Shown piece after piece: positions 51,563-62,219 of a stretch of 64,000 nt of DNA (position 1 is its first letter; each line of letters opens with the position of its first letter). The notes beneath the pieces were generated by a model. That model did not search any database and was not told the DNA's origin. It was given only the letters and a program-made list of their open reading frames with translations. Where the stretch lies: assembly GCA_965221905.1 (NCBI GenBank), contig OZ244922.1:1376001-1440000 (forward strand), read 5' to 3'. A program made the position numbers and the translations under genes. This stretch comes from Chloroflexota bacterium. GTDB lineage: Bacteria > Chloroflexota > UBA11872 > VXOZ01.

Positions 51563-52960
51563 CTACCCGCCGCCTGAGAAGTAGGCGCTCATCTCGTCCG
51601 TGATGAGTTTCTGGAACCAGTCCGCATACTCCCGCGTATCGACTTTGCCCAGTTGATACTCCTCGCGATAGCGCGGACGCGCCTGGTCGCGGATTTTCTC
51701 CCACGCGCTGTACTTAAGCATGCCCCACCCATGAGGCCGCGTTTGCTGTGCTTGCAGGAAGTACGCCCTGGGATCAATGCCAAGCTGATTGCGGAACACT
51801 TCTTGGGAAACTTCAGAGTACGCTGGGTCTATGAACGGTGAGACGACGTGTCCGGCCGTGCGCGGGAAGCGTCCGGCATTCTCCGGTGTCATGAACCACG
51901 TGAATACAGTCCATACGGCCTCTTCCGTCCCCGCATTGCCGATCTGTAGACCGTGGTTGGAAATGCGCGCTGACCTACTGGGGCCATCACCGTCATACGG
52001 CAGCGTGCCGGCGGCCCAGTTGAAGTTCGTGTCCTGGTTGATGAAGGATACCTGCATACCGATCTTGCCGGTGACGAAGGTATTCATGCGCTGGCCGCCC
52101 TTCAACGCACTGGTCTCGTCTGGGTTGGGCTGTACGTGGTATTTGACCTCGGTCACGTCCCGCCAGAACTCAAGCCCCTGCATGATGCCGGGTGAGTTGA
52201 TGAAGGCCACTTTCTTGTCATCGTCCCACGGGCCCTGGCCAAAGTAGGTTCCGGTGGTCTCGCCCGCCGCGTTGCCGCCGCCCAAGCTGCCGCCAAAGCC
52301 GAACTGCCCGTCGCCGGTCAGCTTCTGCGCGTAATCGAGAAACGTGTCCATGTTCCACCACTTGGCGCTCGTGTCCACCGGCGGCTCTTCCAGTCCGGCC
52401 TCGGCAAACATGTCCTTGTTGTAGGCCATGGCATCGGAAGACGTACTGATGGGCATGCCGCCGAGTACGCCGTCGAGCACCCACTCGAACAATGATGATT
52501 CAATGAACAATTCTTCCGGCACGAGCTTGTCGGCCTTGAAGAATTCAGTCTGGTCGAGAATGGCGCCTGCCTGGAACATGCGGTCCCACGTCAACCAGCC
52601 GTTGTGCACGAAGTCTAAGGTTACACCTCCGGCGTGGGCGGTCATGAACTTCTCATATACGCCGCGCCAGCCGCCCGCCTGACCCGCTACTTCAACCTGA
52701 ATGTTGGCGTGCTGATCGTTGAAGTCGTCGAAGATGGCGATTTCCTTTTCTTGGCGCGCCGGACTCTCCGGCGACGCGTAGACAAGGTTCACCACTTCCA
52801 TGGTTTCAGGCTGAGCGGCCTCTGTGGATGTCTCTTCATCCGCCGGCGCTGCTTCACCACCGGTCATTGTTGCTTGCCCACACGCAGCAAGGAGACCGGC
52901 CATACCAATGGTGGCGCCGGTACCGATTAGCCGTCGTCGCGTCATGTGAAAGTCAGACAT
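51563..52960 (-). CDS. carbohydrate ABC extracellular solute-binding lipoprotein (Tat)
   Basis: MTRRRLIG...LLAACG; YNKDMF..AGL..P; no permease next to it. Confidence 0.88.
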   Translation of the reverse strand: MSDFHMTRRRLIGTGATIGMAGLLAACGQATMTGGEAAPADEETSTEAAQPETMEVVNLVYASPESPARQEKEIAIFDDFNDQHANIQVEVAGQAGGWRGVYEKFMTAHAGGVTLDFVHNGWLTWDRMFQAGAILDQTEFFKADKLVPEELFIESSLFEWVLDGVLGGMPISTSSDAMAYNKDMFAEAGLEEPPVDTSAKWWNMDTFLDYAQKLTGDGQFGFGGSLGGGNAAGETTGTYFGQGPWDDDKKVAFINSPGIMQGLEFWRDVTEVKYHVQPNPDETSALKGGQRMNTFVTGKIGMQVSFINQDTNFNWAAGTLPYDGDGPSRSARISNHGLQIGNAGTEEAVWTVFTWFMTPENAGRFPRTAGHVVSPFIDPAYSEVSQEVFRNQLGIDPRAYFLQAQQTRPHGWGMLKYSAWEKIRDQARPRYREEYQLGKVDTREYADWFQKLITDEMSAYFSGGG

Positions 52961-53042
52961 TGCATCATTCTCCCGTTCGCACTTCAGCCTAGAACTCTAT
53001 ACAGCGACGCGAGCATCCTTCAATCTAATCGCTGTTGCGAAA

Positions 53043-53071
53043 AGTATAGATTTTCGACCTGTAATTGTCAA
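53043..53071 (-). promoter_or_regulatory. sigma70 promoter for the binding-protein gene
   Basis: TTGACA(53071-66)-17 nt-TATACT(53048-43). Confidence 0.7.
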
Positions 53072-53076
53072 GAGGA

Positions 53077-53388
53077 AAACCTCCGGAACGTAGATTAGGC
53101 CAAAGGCATATGGCAAGAGAAAGCAATTGTGGAATTAGTAGACTTGGACTTGATCCATCATTGGGCCAGAATTCATGTCATTCCGAGCGCAGCGAGGAAT
53201 CTAGAAATCCCCGCACTCTAGATTCTTCGTCGCTGCGCTCCTCAGAATGACAGAGTGAGGAGCGCTTTGGGTGTAGGTGCGCGCGATGTCTCGCGTATCT
53301 GCATGGCACAAGTCAGATTCTACTAATCCCGAAACTTCCGAAACGTAGATTAGGCCAATGGCATTTAGCAAGAGAATGCAATTGTGGA
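53077..53388. mobile_element. MITE-like element with 27-bp TIRs, ~55-bp flanking direct repeats and a nested REP doublet
   Basis: Direct repeats 53077-53133 and 53332-53388 (51/57); TIRs 53131-53157 and 53304-53330 (21/27); internal TGTCATTCCGAG...CTCAGAATGACA 53176-53252. Confidence 0.65.
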
Positions 53389-53502
53389 GCGGATGGAACA
53401 TCCCCCGCACGCAACCTAACACACAAGCGAATTGTGGCACCTGACTGAGCCGGCGAGCCCGTACGCGCCTTCGCCAACGAGGGCCTGCGAGGAACTGCGA
53501 GC

Positions 53503-54873
53503 CTAGAACGACTCGCTACCTCCCAACTCACCTTCCAAGAAGTCCACGAACTGGCGCGCGGTGCGACCGGAGAAGCCATTCTGCTGCTGTGCCCAAGTGA
53601 TGGCGCGGGCGCGGAGCGTTGCCGCATCAATCGGCAGGTTTCGCTGTGTGGCAAGGGCCGCAACGATCGCAAGATACTGCGCTTGCGAAGGCGATACGAA
53701 GGAAATGCGGATGCCGAACCGGTCGCTGAGCGAGAAGGTCTCTTGTAACGTCTCTTTGGGGTGGACTTCCCCGTCCAAGATACCTGCGCGATCGGAGAAA
53801 TTCTCGCGGATGAGGTGGCTGCGATTTGACGTTGCGTAGATGACGACGTTGCGCGGTTGGGCCGCGACGCTTCCTTCGAGAACGGCCTTCAGAGCTTTGT
53901 AGTCAGTCTCATGGGGTTCGAAGGAAAGGTCGTCCACGAAGATAACGAAGGACTGTGGCCGAGCGCGAAGTCTCTCAGCGATGTATTGAAATTCGCCGAG
54001 GTCATCCTTGGCAACTTCAACCAGACGCAGGCCGCGACTATTGTAGTGGTGCAGCAGCGCCTTGATCGATGACGACTTCCCAGTGCCTCGATCACCGCAC
54101 AGCAGAACGTTATTGGCCGGGTAGCCCGCAAGCAAGTGCTCGGTGTTTTGCATGAGGAGCCGTCGCTGGCGCTCGTCACCAATGAGTTCCTCCAAGCGGA
54201 CGGGGTCAGGGTGGGCAACGCCCTGCAATCGGCCGCCGTGGGCGGCGCGCACCCAGCGGAAGGCTTGGTAGCGCGCAAAGTCACCCGTACCGTGCTGACG
54301 ATAGTGCGCCGTAAGCAGCGGAACGGCTTCCCGCCAGTCTTGCATCGCAGTGAGCGCTTTCCCGGTTTCTGCGTTGGGCATGTGGCTGCCGGATGGCCCG
54401 AGTGAGGAAAAGTCCTCCCACGCCAAATATGGAAGCGCTTCTTCCCAGCCCTGCTGTGCCACGAAGGATCTCAGAGTAGCAGCGTTGAGCGCGAAAAGCT
54501 GCTGGAGTATGGCAAGGTCTTGCTCGGCCAAGGCAGTGAGAGCAGGACTCAGCCCGGCAAATCCGGTGAATTCCGCTTTGCGCGAGAAGGCGTTCTCAGC
54601 TTCCAGCAGGCGGATGAGGAGGTAGCTCTGCCAGGCATCTCCATGAGAGTGCGCCGACTCTAGCTCTGCGTGCTCTCCGAGCAATCCGCTGAGCCGGGCC
54701 AAGGCTGCGATGAATTGAAGAGGTGATTCGCCTGTCGCGTGACGCAGCATGGCGCAATAGCTCTGCCCAATGGCGTCATCTAGGATATCGGTGTAAAGGG
54801 CAAGCCGGTCTAGGCTGTCCAGGACGGCTTGTATCTGAGAGGTGGTGATGCGCATGTCGGTGCGAATACTCAT
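53503..54873 (-). CDS. AAA+ ATPase (DUF815 family)
   Basis: ANNVLL.GDRGTGKSS, FVDDLSFE, YATSNR.HL, SLSDRFG, SGRTARQF. Confidence 0.9.
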   Translation of the reverse strand: MSIRTDMRITTSQIQAVLDSLDRLALYTDILDDAIGQSYCAMLRHATGESPLQFIAALARLSGLLGEHAELESAHSHGDAWQSYLLIRLLEAENAFSRKAEFTGFAGLSPALTALAEQDLAILQQLFALNAATLRSFVAQQGWEEALPYLAWEDFSSLGPSGSHMPNAETGKALTAMQDWREAVPLLTAHYRQHGTGDFARYQAFRWVRAAHGGRLQGVAHPDPVRLEELIGDERQRRLLMQNTEHLLAGYPANNVLLCGDRGTGKSSSIKALLHHYNSRGLRLVEVAKDDLGEFQYIAERLRARPQSFVIFVDDLSFEPHETDYKALKAVLEGSVAAQPRNVVIYATSNRSHLIRENFSDRAGILDGEVHPKETLQETFSLSDRFGIRISFVSPSQAQYLAIVAALATQRNLPIDAATLRARAITWAQQQNGFSGRTARQFVDFLEGELGGSESF

Positions 54874-55017
54874 TTTCCGTGGGTTTGCTGCTTTCTATCT
54901 CCTTTGTAGCTAGTCCCAAGTACCATTATGTACCGCTGCAACTGGGCCGAACTCTAAAGTTAATCCCGACTGCTACTAGAATACCAGCCGGGTCAGGCCA
55001 CTTACACATCGCCTCAG

Positions 55018-55041
55018 GCGGGGGACAAGCCCCCGCGCTAC
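55018..55041. repeat. GTAG-type REP palindrome
   Basis: Minus strand GTAGCGCGGGGGCTTGTCCCCCGC. Confidence 0.65.
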
Positions 55042-55099
55042 GTTGAGAAGCTGTTGCTCCGTTCCTCGTTTGCCGGATTGAGCCAGTGATTGGAAGACG

Positions 55100-56515
55100 T
55101 TAGGCGAGCGGCAGCCATTTCGCCGCCCAGTGCCGCCACGGGTCGGTGGTCTCATTCATCCAGACCAGCAGTCGGCGTTGCAGGTCATGCCGGATTTCCC
55201 GGTACGCTGCCTCATCAAACCGATTCTCCAGCTCATGGGGATCGCGTTCCAGGTCGTAGAGTTCATCTATGGCGTGCGGATTGTACACGAGCTTATAGTT
55301 CTGATAACGAATCAGGCGCGACGAGAAGAGTCCGCATTCGTCGCCGTGAAATTCGCACCCTATTGTGTCCCGCCAGGCTGCGTGCTGGGGGTCGCGCCAC
55401 AACGGCTGAAGCGCTTTACCATCGATGTTCTCTGGGATAGGCAGGTCTGTGGCCCGCAGAATGGTGGGCATGATGTCGATGAGGCTGACGAACTGCGCGG
55501 TTGTGGTACCGGCAGGAATCTGTCCCGGCCAGCGCATGACCATGGGAATGTGGTAGACCTCTTGGTAGAGCAGCGGTCCTTTGTTGAACTGTCCGTGGCT
55601 GCCGGTGAAGTCGCCGTGGTCGGTATTGAAGATGACGAGCGTGTCATCACGAATGCCGAGGTCGTCTAGGGTTTGCAGCAACTTGGCGAAGAGCGAATCC
55701 AGGAAGCTGACGTAGCCAAAATACTTGGCGACGGCCGGCTGCCAATCCTCCCAGGTGAAGTCCTGCACGCCCCGGTGATGCTTATGCCGGACGTGCACCT
55801 GCGGCTTTTTCTCGAGCGTGTCATGGAAGTTCGGCCACGGCGGAATCTGCTGCGGGTCGTAGAGCGAGGCCCATGGCTCGGGAACGACGTACGGATGATG
55901 CGGGCCGTTGAAGTCTACCCGCAGGTAGAAAGGCTGTTGGTCATCGTACTCGCGGAGCAGGCGCATGCCCTCTTCCGCGAAGTAGTACATCAAGTTACCC
56001 TCTTCCGGTAGCTGCTCTGTACCGGAAATGAGAAACTCTTCGTTAGGATACGTGGCATAGACCGCGTCCGGCGGTGTCGGCGGACTAACGGGAAAGCCAC
56101 GTTGCCGCCGGTATTCGGCGATGCTCTGCGCGCCGACGTCATGAAAGCCGCGCGTCGTGGGCCCGTTTTCGCGCCCAATGTGCCATTTCCCCACGTGCCC
56201 GAGGCGGTAGCCGAGTTCGTTCAGAAGTTCGCTATAGGTAACTTCCTCCGGCGGCAGCTCTACGAGAATGGAGTCATCCATGTGGCAGTTGTTGTAGATG
56301 CCGTGATTGTGCGAGTAGCGCCCGGTCACCATGGAGGCGCGCGCCGGTGAGCAAATCCCCGCCGGTGTATAGGCTTCAGCGTAGTTGACGCCCTACTGCG
56401 CAAGACGGTCCAGCGTAGGCGTGCGGCAGATTGGGCTGCCGTTTACGCCCAGCACGTCGAAGCGCATCTGGTCGACCATGATGTGAAGGATGTTCGGTCG
56501 GTTTGTATTCGCCAC
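55100..56515 (-). pseudogene. sulfatase interrupted by a single in-frame TAG at codon 41
   Basis: GTG 56515 [20 protein letters not shown]...LDRLAQ*GVNYAEAYTPAGICSPARASMVTGRY; TAG at 56395-56393; rest of the frame intact. Confidence 0.8.
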
Positions 56516-56646
56516 AGTTAGTGCCTCGATTCACTACCTATAGGTACGTTTACTAAATACGCGACTACCAGTGGTGAGCGGCAATTTCTCTCCGGCCATG
56601 AGGTAAGCGGGAGCGGGCCTACAAAAGGAATCCCTGGCAGTGAGCG

Positions 56647-56672
56647 AGCGCAGGTTGCAAACCTGCGCTACC
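56647..56672. repeat. GTAG-type REP palindrome
   Basis: AGCGCAGGTTGCAAACCTGCGCTACC. Confidence 0.7.
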
Positions 56673-56726
56673 GGAGAGCGCGAGCAAAGAGCGCCTCACC
56701 GGTTACCGGCACAGGCATTGCTCGCT

Positions 56727-57815
56727 CTAGCGAAATTGCGGCACGTCCAGCCAAACCCCGCTCTGCATGGCGGCGTCGTGGGCGACGATACCGGGTGCGG
56801 TAAACTCCACGGCGCGTACGGCATCTATGGGCGCTTTCGTATTGGCGTCGATGGCTGCAATGAAGTCTTGCACCATGAAGTATTCGGATGTGCCATGGCC
56901 GCCGTGGTGAGCTTCCGGCGGCGCATTGGGATCGATCGTCGGGCAAGCAATCTCCTCTGCTCCGGTCTGCTTGGACATGGTGTCTACATTAAAGTAGCGT
57001 CCGGTTGAGGCGCGGTCGTCGATGTGGCGGCCGCTTTCGATGAAGCCTTTGGTCCCGTAAAGCGTGTAGTAGACGGAGTGCGGGTGCCGGTGCGCCACCT
57101 GGCTGCGCAGGATTTTGACGACATTGCCTCTCTGGGTCTGGAACAAGCCTACTTCCATGTCCAGGTGGCCCAATCCCTCTTCTTCAGGATGCATGTTCCT
57201 GCCGGAGGATGCGCCGGTAGCCTTCACAATGCGGTCATCCATGAGGGTGAGCACCGGGCCGAGCGTGTGCGCGCAATACCAGATTGGGGCACGAGGCAGC
57301 CGCCACTTTGGTTGGCCGGTTGCCGGATCGCGCAGCAGATCGGCAATCTCATGGACGTACTCCGCTTCCGCGTAGAATAGCGTGCCGAGTGTGCCCTTTG
57401 CGATGAGTTCGCGCCATTCGCGCATATAGTGGAAGTAGCAGTAATTCTCCGCCATCATGTAGACGTTGCCGGTGCGCTCTTGGGCGGCGATGACTGCCGC
57501 GCACTCGTCCAATGTATAGGCCACAGTCTGTTCGCACAGCACGTGTTTGCCGCTTTCCATAGCGGCGATGGACTGCTGCGCGTGAAACTCGATGGGTGTC
57601 GCAATGACGATGACGTCCAGCGGAGTGTTGACAAAGTGCTCGAATGCCGTGTAGAGCCTATTTTCCGGCAAGCTAAAGTCCTTGCCCATGGTGACCAACG
57701 TTTCTTCGTTCAGATCGCACAGCGCGGCTACTTCGACGCGGGGGTGAGCGGCCAGGGCACGCACCAGGCCCCCGCCGCGGCGGAGACCGACAAAGCCAAC
57801 CTGCAGCTTCTCCAT
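56727..57815 (-). CDS. Gfo/Idh/MocA family oxidoreductase
   Basis: VGFVGLRRG, IATP..H, KHVLCE, AENYCY, YAEAEYVH, GHGTSEY. Confidence 0.9.
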   Translation of the reverse strand: MEKLQVGFVGLRRGGGLVRALAAHPRVEVAALCDLNEETLVTMGKDFSLPENRLYTAFEHFVNTPLDVIVIATPIEFHAQQSIAAMESGKHVLCEQTVAYTLDECAAVIAAQERTGNVYMMAENYCYFHYMREWRELIAKGTLGTLFYAEAEYVHEIADLLRDPATGQPKWRLPRAPIWYCAHTLGPVLTLMDDRIVKATGASSGRNMHPEEEGLGHLDMEVGLFQTQRGNVVKILRSQVAHRHPHSVYYTLYGTKGFIESGRHIDDRASTGRYFNVDTMSKQTGAEEIACPTIDPNAPPEAHHGGHGTSEYFMVQDFIAAIDANTKAPIDAVRAVEFTAPGIVAHDAAMQSGVWLDVPQFR

Positions 57816-58026
57816 GGTCTTACCTCTCCTTCTCCTATTGTAAGGGAGTGCCGATTGCACACCGGCGTGCACCCCAAATCGCGCTTTTCTTGCAAGAGTA
57901 CCTTGTAAGCAGATATAGCCGTCATCAAGCCATTAGCTTAGTTGATAGCCACCCTTTCTCTAGCGTTTACAGAGCATGGCTCGTTGGGTGATTGCTCCTG
58001 CACCGGCCTCGCCCACACTTTAAGGA

Positions 58027-58060
58027 GAAAGGAGCGTCAGTTTGCATGACGCCCCTTTTC
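58027..58060 (-). terminator. intrinsic terminator-like hairpin after the molybdoenzyme operon
   Basis: GAAAGGAGCGTCA-loop-TGACGCCCCTTTTC. Confidence 0.6.
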
Positions 58061-58080
58061 TAATTGTCGAAACGACCCGC

Positions 58081-60402
58081 CTATGCGGATGGCTCGCCAT
58101 TCGACCTCGCGTCTTTGAGGGCCATCACAACCCGCTCCGGCGTGAGCGGCATGTTGTGAAGCGGAATGCCGAGAGCATCGCTGATGGCACTGGTAATGGC
58201 GGCGCCCGGCGGTACGATACTGGGCTCGCCAACGATTCGGGTACCGTGCCAGCCGTAGGGATTGTATTTCTCGACGATAACGGCGTCCACGTCGGGCACG
58301 TCCGCTGCCGTGGGCAGGCGATAGTCGAGAAGACCGGGATTACGCACGCGGCCGTCTTCGTCGTAGACGATCTCTTCCAGCAGGGCGTAGCCGACCCCTT
58401 GAATGATGCCGCCCTGGATTTGGCCTTTCACCGAAAGCGGGTTGATGGCAAAACCGGCGTCCTGAACGCCCACAAGGTTGAGGATGGTGACCAAACCGGT
58501 CTCCGTATCGACCTCAACGTCAGCGATGGTACCGGCGAAACCGGGACTGCCGCGTGCCGGCTTGCCGTGGCCCGTGCCGATGATGGGGCCGTTGGCAGAG
58601 CCTACTGCTTCATCCGAAATGCGCTTGTAGGTGACATAACGATCGGGGCTGCCGTTTGCCCACATCTTACCGTCGTCATACTCGATCTCGTCGGCGTCTG
58701 CGCCAAGGCGCTGCGCCGCGACTGTCTTCATCTGCCGCAGCACTTCTTGGGCAGCAGCAGCGGCCGAAAGGCTCATCGTGTAGGTGATCTGACTGCCGCC
58801 TGCCACCGGGCCAAAGGGCGCTTCGTTCGTATCGCCTTGCGATACGCTCACGTATTCGAGGGGTATGCGCAATTCCTCGGCAGCGACTTGAGCGATAGAG
58901 GTCGATGAACCAGTAAGGTTGATCGTACCGACGAGGATGCTAAACGAGCCGTCGGCTTCGAGCTTGATGGTGGCTGCGGAACCACCCGCGCCACCGGACC
59001 AGCAACCGATTGCCACGCCGCGGCCGCGGGGCTTGCCGTTACTCCCTTGCGCAAGGGGCGTACTCCATACCGCATGCTCCTTGATGGCTTCGAGCACCTC
59101 CACACCGCCAACGTCCGGCAGGGGTTGACCGTTCGGCCAGCGGTCGCCTTCCTTAATCACGTTTTGCAGGCGGAAGTCCACCGGGTCCATGCCAAGTCCT
59201 TGCGCGACCCAACTCATCACGTTTTCTACTGCGTGTGCAGCATTCGGCGCGCCGGGAGCGCGGTAAGCGCCTACGCTTACTTTATTGGTCAGTACTTCGA
59301 AACCTTCCAATTCCATGTTGGGGAAGACGTAGCAGCTTCCCAAGAGCATCGTAGCCGTAGACATTGGTGAGCCAGGATAGGCGCCGGTATCCATGACCAC
59401 GCGGCCCTGCAAGGCAGTGACCGTGCCGTCACGTTTCGCGCCGACCTTCACGTCGATTACGGATTGCGGCGCCGGATTGGCAGCGACGAGTTCTTCGCTT
59501 CTGCTCCACACCACCTTTACAGGCAGGCGCGCCTTTTTAGAGAGGATGGCGGGAATTGGCGCCAGCAGTGTCATCTTGCCGCCAAAGCCACCGCCGATGG
59601 CGGTGCCTTGTACGATAACTTTATGGGCCGGTAGCTTTAGCAAGCGTGCTACCGTATCCCGCACGTAGAACTGCCCCTGTGACGTAACCCACATCTTCAT
59701 GTCGCCGGACGGCGTGTAATGGGCCAATGCAGCATGGGGCTCAATATACGTCTGGTGCACCATGGCCGCCGTGAAACGGCCTTCCTTAATAACGTCCGCT
59801 TCAGCAAAACCTTCCTCTAAGTCGCCGCGCGAAAACTGCACCTGGGAGGAGATATTGCCGGATTCATCCATGTCCTCTGCGGATGAAGCAACGGAAGAAT
59901 GGAACGACATCTCGGTGCGGTCAATCTCGCCGCCGTCGCCATGCCGTATGGTGGGGGCGTTGGGTTCCATGGCTTCCAACGGGTCGAGCACGTGGGGAAG
60001 CGGCTCATAGTCGACCTCGATGAGTTCGAGCGCTGCCTCCGCATCCTCATTCGTGACGGCGGCCACCGCGGCAATCGGCTCTCCAAGGAAGAGAGCAAAG
60101 TCACCGGCGAAGACGTTGTGGGGACGCGACGTGGGCTCCACCACATCCTCCGCAAAGTCGGCGGCGGTTGCGACCGTAACGACGCCGGGCGCCTCCAGCG
60201 CCTTGGAGTAATCGATGCCCTTGATGCGGGCATGTGCGTGGGGGCTGCGCAGGATTGCGCCCCAGAGCATTCCGGGCAATGAGAAGTCAGCGCCAAACTT
60301 GGCGGCGCCCGTGACGTTCTCGATACCGTCAATGCGAGTCACCGGTTTATTAGCAACACGTAGCGCGGTCTTCTCTTGCGGACGTTCGACCACTTTTGCC
60401 AT
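58081..60402 (-). CDS. xanthine dehydrogenase family molybdopterin-binding subunit (CoxL-like)
   Basis: LRSPHAHARI, IGGGFGGK, AYRAPG, GQIQGGIIQGVG, VGEP. Confidence 0.93.
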   Translation of the reverse strand: MAKVVERPQEKTALRVANKPVTRIDGIENVTGAAKFGADFSLPGMLWGAILRSPHAHARIKGIDYSKALEAPGVVTVATAADFAEDVVEPTSRPHNVFAGDFALFLGEPIAAVAAVTNEDAEAALELIEVDYEPLPHVLDPLEAMEPNAPTIRHGDGGEIDRTEMSFHSSVASSAEDMDESGNISSQVQFSRGDLEEGFAEADVIKEGRFTAAMVHQTYIEPHAALAHYTPSGDMKMWVTSQGQFYVRDTVARLLKLPAHKVIVQGTAIGGGFGGKMTLLAPIPAILSKKARLPVKVVWSRSEELVAANPAPQSVIDVKVGAKRDGTVTALQGRVVMDTGAYPGSPMSTATMLLGSCYVFPNMELEGFEVLTNKVSVGAYRAPGAPNAAHAVENVMSWVAQGLGMDPVDFRLQNVIKEGDRWPNGQPLPDVGGVEVLEAIKEHAVWSTPLAQGSNGKPRGRGVAIGCWSGGAGGSAATIKLEADGSFSILVGTINLTGSSTSIAQVAAEELRIPLEYVSVSQGDTNEAPFGPVAGGSQITYTMSLSAAAAAQEVLRQMKTVAAQRLGADADEIEYDDGKMWANGSPDRYVTYKRISDEAVGSANGPIIGTGHGKPARGSPGFAGTIADVEVDTETGLVTILNLVGVQDAGFAINPLSVKGQIQGGIIQGVGYALLEEIVYDEDGRVRNPGLLDYRLPTAADVPDVDAVIVEKYNPYGWHGTRIVGEPSIVPPGAAITSAISDALGIPLHNMPLTPERVVMALKDARSNGEPSA

Positions 60403-60457
60403 GGTTCCTCCTCCTCGCGATATGTAGACGTGCAGTCTGTGGAAGGCGCTTAGGCCC

Positions 60458-60985
60458 TTAGATTTCGCCTTCGGGCTCAGGTACAAGCTCCCGTGGCTCC
60501 GGCGCCACTTCGATCAACTCTACTTTGCCGTCAATAACAGAATGTAGCGCAGTCACAATGGGTTCGTAGCCGGTGCAGCGGCATAAATTGCCCGCAATAG
60601 CCATGCGCAACTCATCGTCAGTGGGATTGGGATTGTCGCGCAAGTATGCGGTTGCCATTACCACGAATCCGGGAGTGCAGATACCGCACTGCGTTGCGCC
60701 TTTGCTAACGAACGCGGATTGCACCGCATTCAGCTTGCCATTGCTTACAAGTCCCTCGACGGTGGTTACCGCCGCGTCCTCGGCTTCAACGGCGAGGGTT
60801 AGGCAGGAGTGGTGCGGTTCACCGTCTACGAGCACGGTGCACGCGCCGCAGTCCCCGGTGCCACAGCCCTCTTTCGCGCCGGTAAGGCCCAAGTCTTCGC
60901 GGAGGAAGTCGAGAAGCCGCACCTGCGGCTCAACGATTCGCTTCACCCGTACGCCGTTTACCGTTAGTTGCAACGGATAGTCCAT
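60458..60985 (-). CDS. (2Fe-2S)-binding subunit (CoxS-like)
   Basis: [29 protein letters not shown]. Confidence 0.95.
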   Translation of the reverse strand: MDYPLQLTVNGVRVKRIVEPQVRLLDFLREDLGLTGAKEGCGTGDCGACTVLVDGEPHHSCLTLAVEAEDAAVTTVEGLVSNGKLNAVQSAFVSKGATQCGICTPGFVVMATAYLRDNPNPTDDELRMAIAGNLCRCTGYEPIVTALHSVIDGKVELIEVAPEPRELVPEPEGEI

Positions 60986-61030
60986 CGCTCTTGCTGCCTC
61001 CAAAAATGTAGTTGTGCCAATTAGGTGTCG

Positions 61031-61909
61031 TTAACTCGCCGCTCTGGCGCGTTCGATAGCCGTCGTGAGGGCCCGACGTGTGTAGACGTCCACCATCATG
61101 CGGCGGTATTCTGCCGATGCACGGACGTCCGAGATCGGCCGCGAATCAGCCGCGGCCGCCTCGCCGGCATTTGCCAGTGTCTTTTCGTTGACCGGCTGGC
61201 CGCGAAGTGTCTGTTCCGCGGTGGTAGCATGCGGCCAGGTGGGTGCAACGGCGGAGAGGACGACGCTGGCATCCTTAATGGTTTCCAAATCATCTTCCAG
61301 CGTGACGAGGGCTGCCACCCCGACCACGGCGATATCCATCTCACGCCGCGGCACATGGCGCACGTAGCGTGTTCCGGTGTGGGACGGCAGTGCCGGAATC
61401 GTGAACGATTGGATCAACTCGCCGGGTTCGAGTGCAAGCTGACCGGGCCCTGTCATAAGGTCGCCCACGAGGGCCTCACGCGTGCCCTTCTTGCCAACGA
61501 TGCAGGCAATAGCATGAGCGGCTACGAGGGGCGGGGCCGCATCGGCACTTGGCGCGGCGTTGCCCACATTGCCGCCAAGCGTACCGCGATTGCGGATCTG
61601 AATTGAACCGAGAAGCTCCGCGCCTTCACTTATGAAGAAGGCGTGACTTTGCACAAGCGGGCTGTGGGTCACTTCATTGCCGGATGCCATAGCACCGATA
61701 GTCAGTGTGCCGTCGGCACTCTGGCTGATGCCCTTAAGATCCTCAAGATTGCGCAAGCTGACGATGAGGGGAACCTTACGTCCGCGTTCCCTCATCTGCA
61801 CAATGAGGTCTGTACCACCCGCCAGCGCTCGCGAGTCGTCGCCGCGGTCTGCCAGCAGTGCACAAGCCTCAAATGTCTGGGATGGTGCAGCATAGTCAAA
61901 ACGTCTCAC
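61031..61909 (-). CDS. FAD-binding subunit (CoxM-like)
   Basis: LAGGTDL, QIRNRGTLGGN..NAAPSAD, PISDVRASAEYR; GTG start 61909. Confidence 0.93.
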   Translation of the reverse strand: MRRFDYAAPSQTFEACALLADRGDDSRALAGGTDLIVQMRERGRKVPLIVSLRNLEDLKGISQSADGTLTIGAMASGNEVTHSPLVQSHAFFISEGAELLGSIQIRNRGTLGGNVGNAAPSADAAPPLVAAHAIACIVGKKGTREALVGDLMTGPGQLALEPGELIQSFTIPALPSHTGTRYVRHVPRREMDIAVVGVAALVTLEDDLETIKDASVVLSAVAPTWPHATTAEQTLRGQPVNEKTLANAGEAAAADSRPISDVRASAEYRRMMVDVYTRRALTTAIERARAAS

Positions 61910-62219
61910 GCGTCGTGTTTCCTCCAAGTAATGGGCGACTTTACCGCTGTTCGGCAACGATACGCCGATACAATGTTCCGAGGTGAATTCAGTTGCTAAA
62001 TACCATACCATAGTGCGCCTGCACCGTAAACGCAGCTAGGCTGCAGCGAAAACGCGCTCACGCCGCTTGGAGCGCTCATCACCGTGGATTCGCCATCATC
62101 CCCGTAGCTAGGCTGTTATTGGCATGTAGCGTGTTGAGCGTGTATCATATTTGTGCAGACTTGGTCTAGGCCTTTAGCAATGAAGCGTTAGAGGCCGGAT
62201 GCACAATTGAGAGGAATTT

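Noticed and set aside
56393-56395. Genome-wide TAG reassignment
   Set aside because: Many genes in the window (for example HNH, eda, trpA, glnII) end at TAG at their expected lengths.
58081-60402. Aerobic CO dehydrogenase
   Set aside because: No AYxCSFR copper-ligand motif and no coxDEFG accessory genes.
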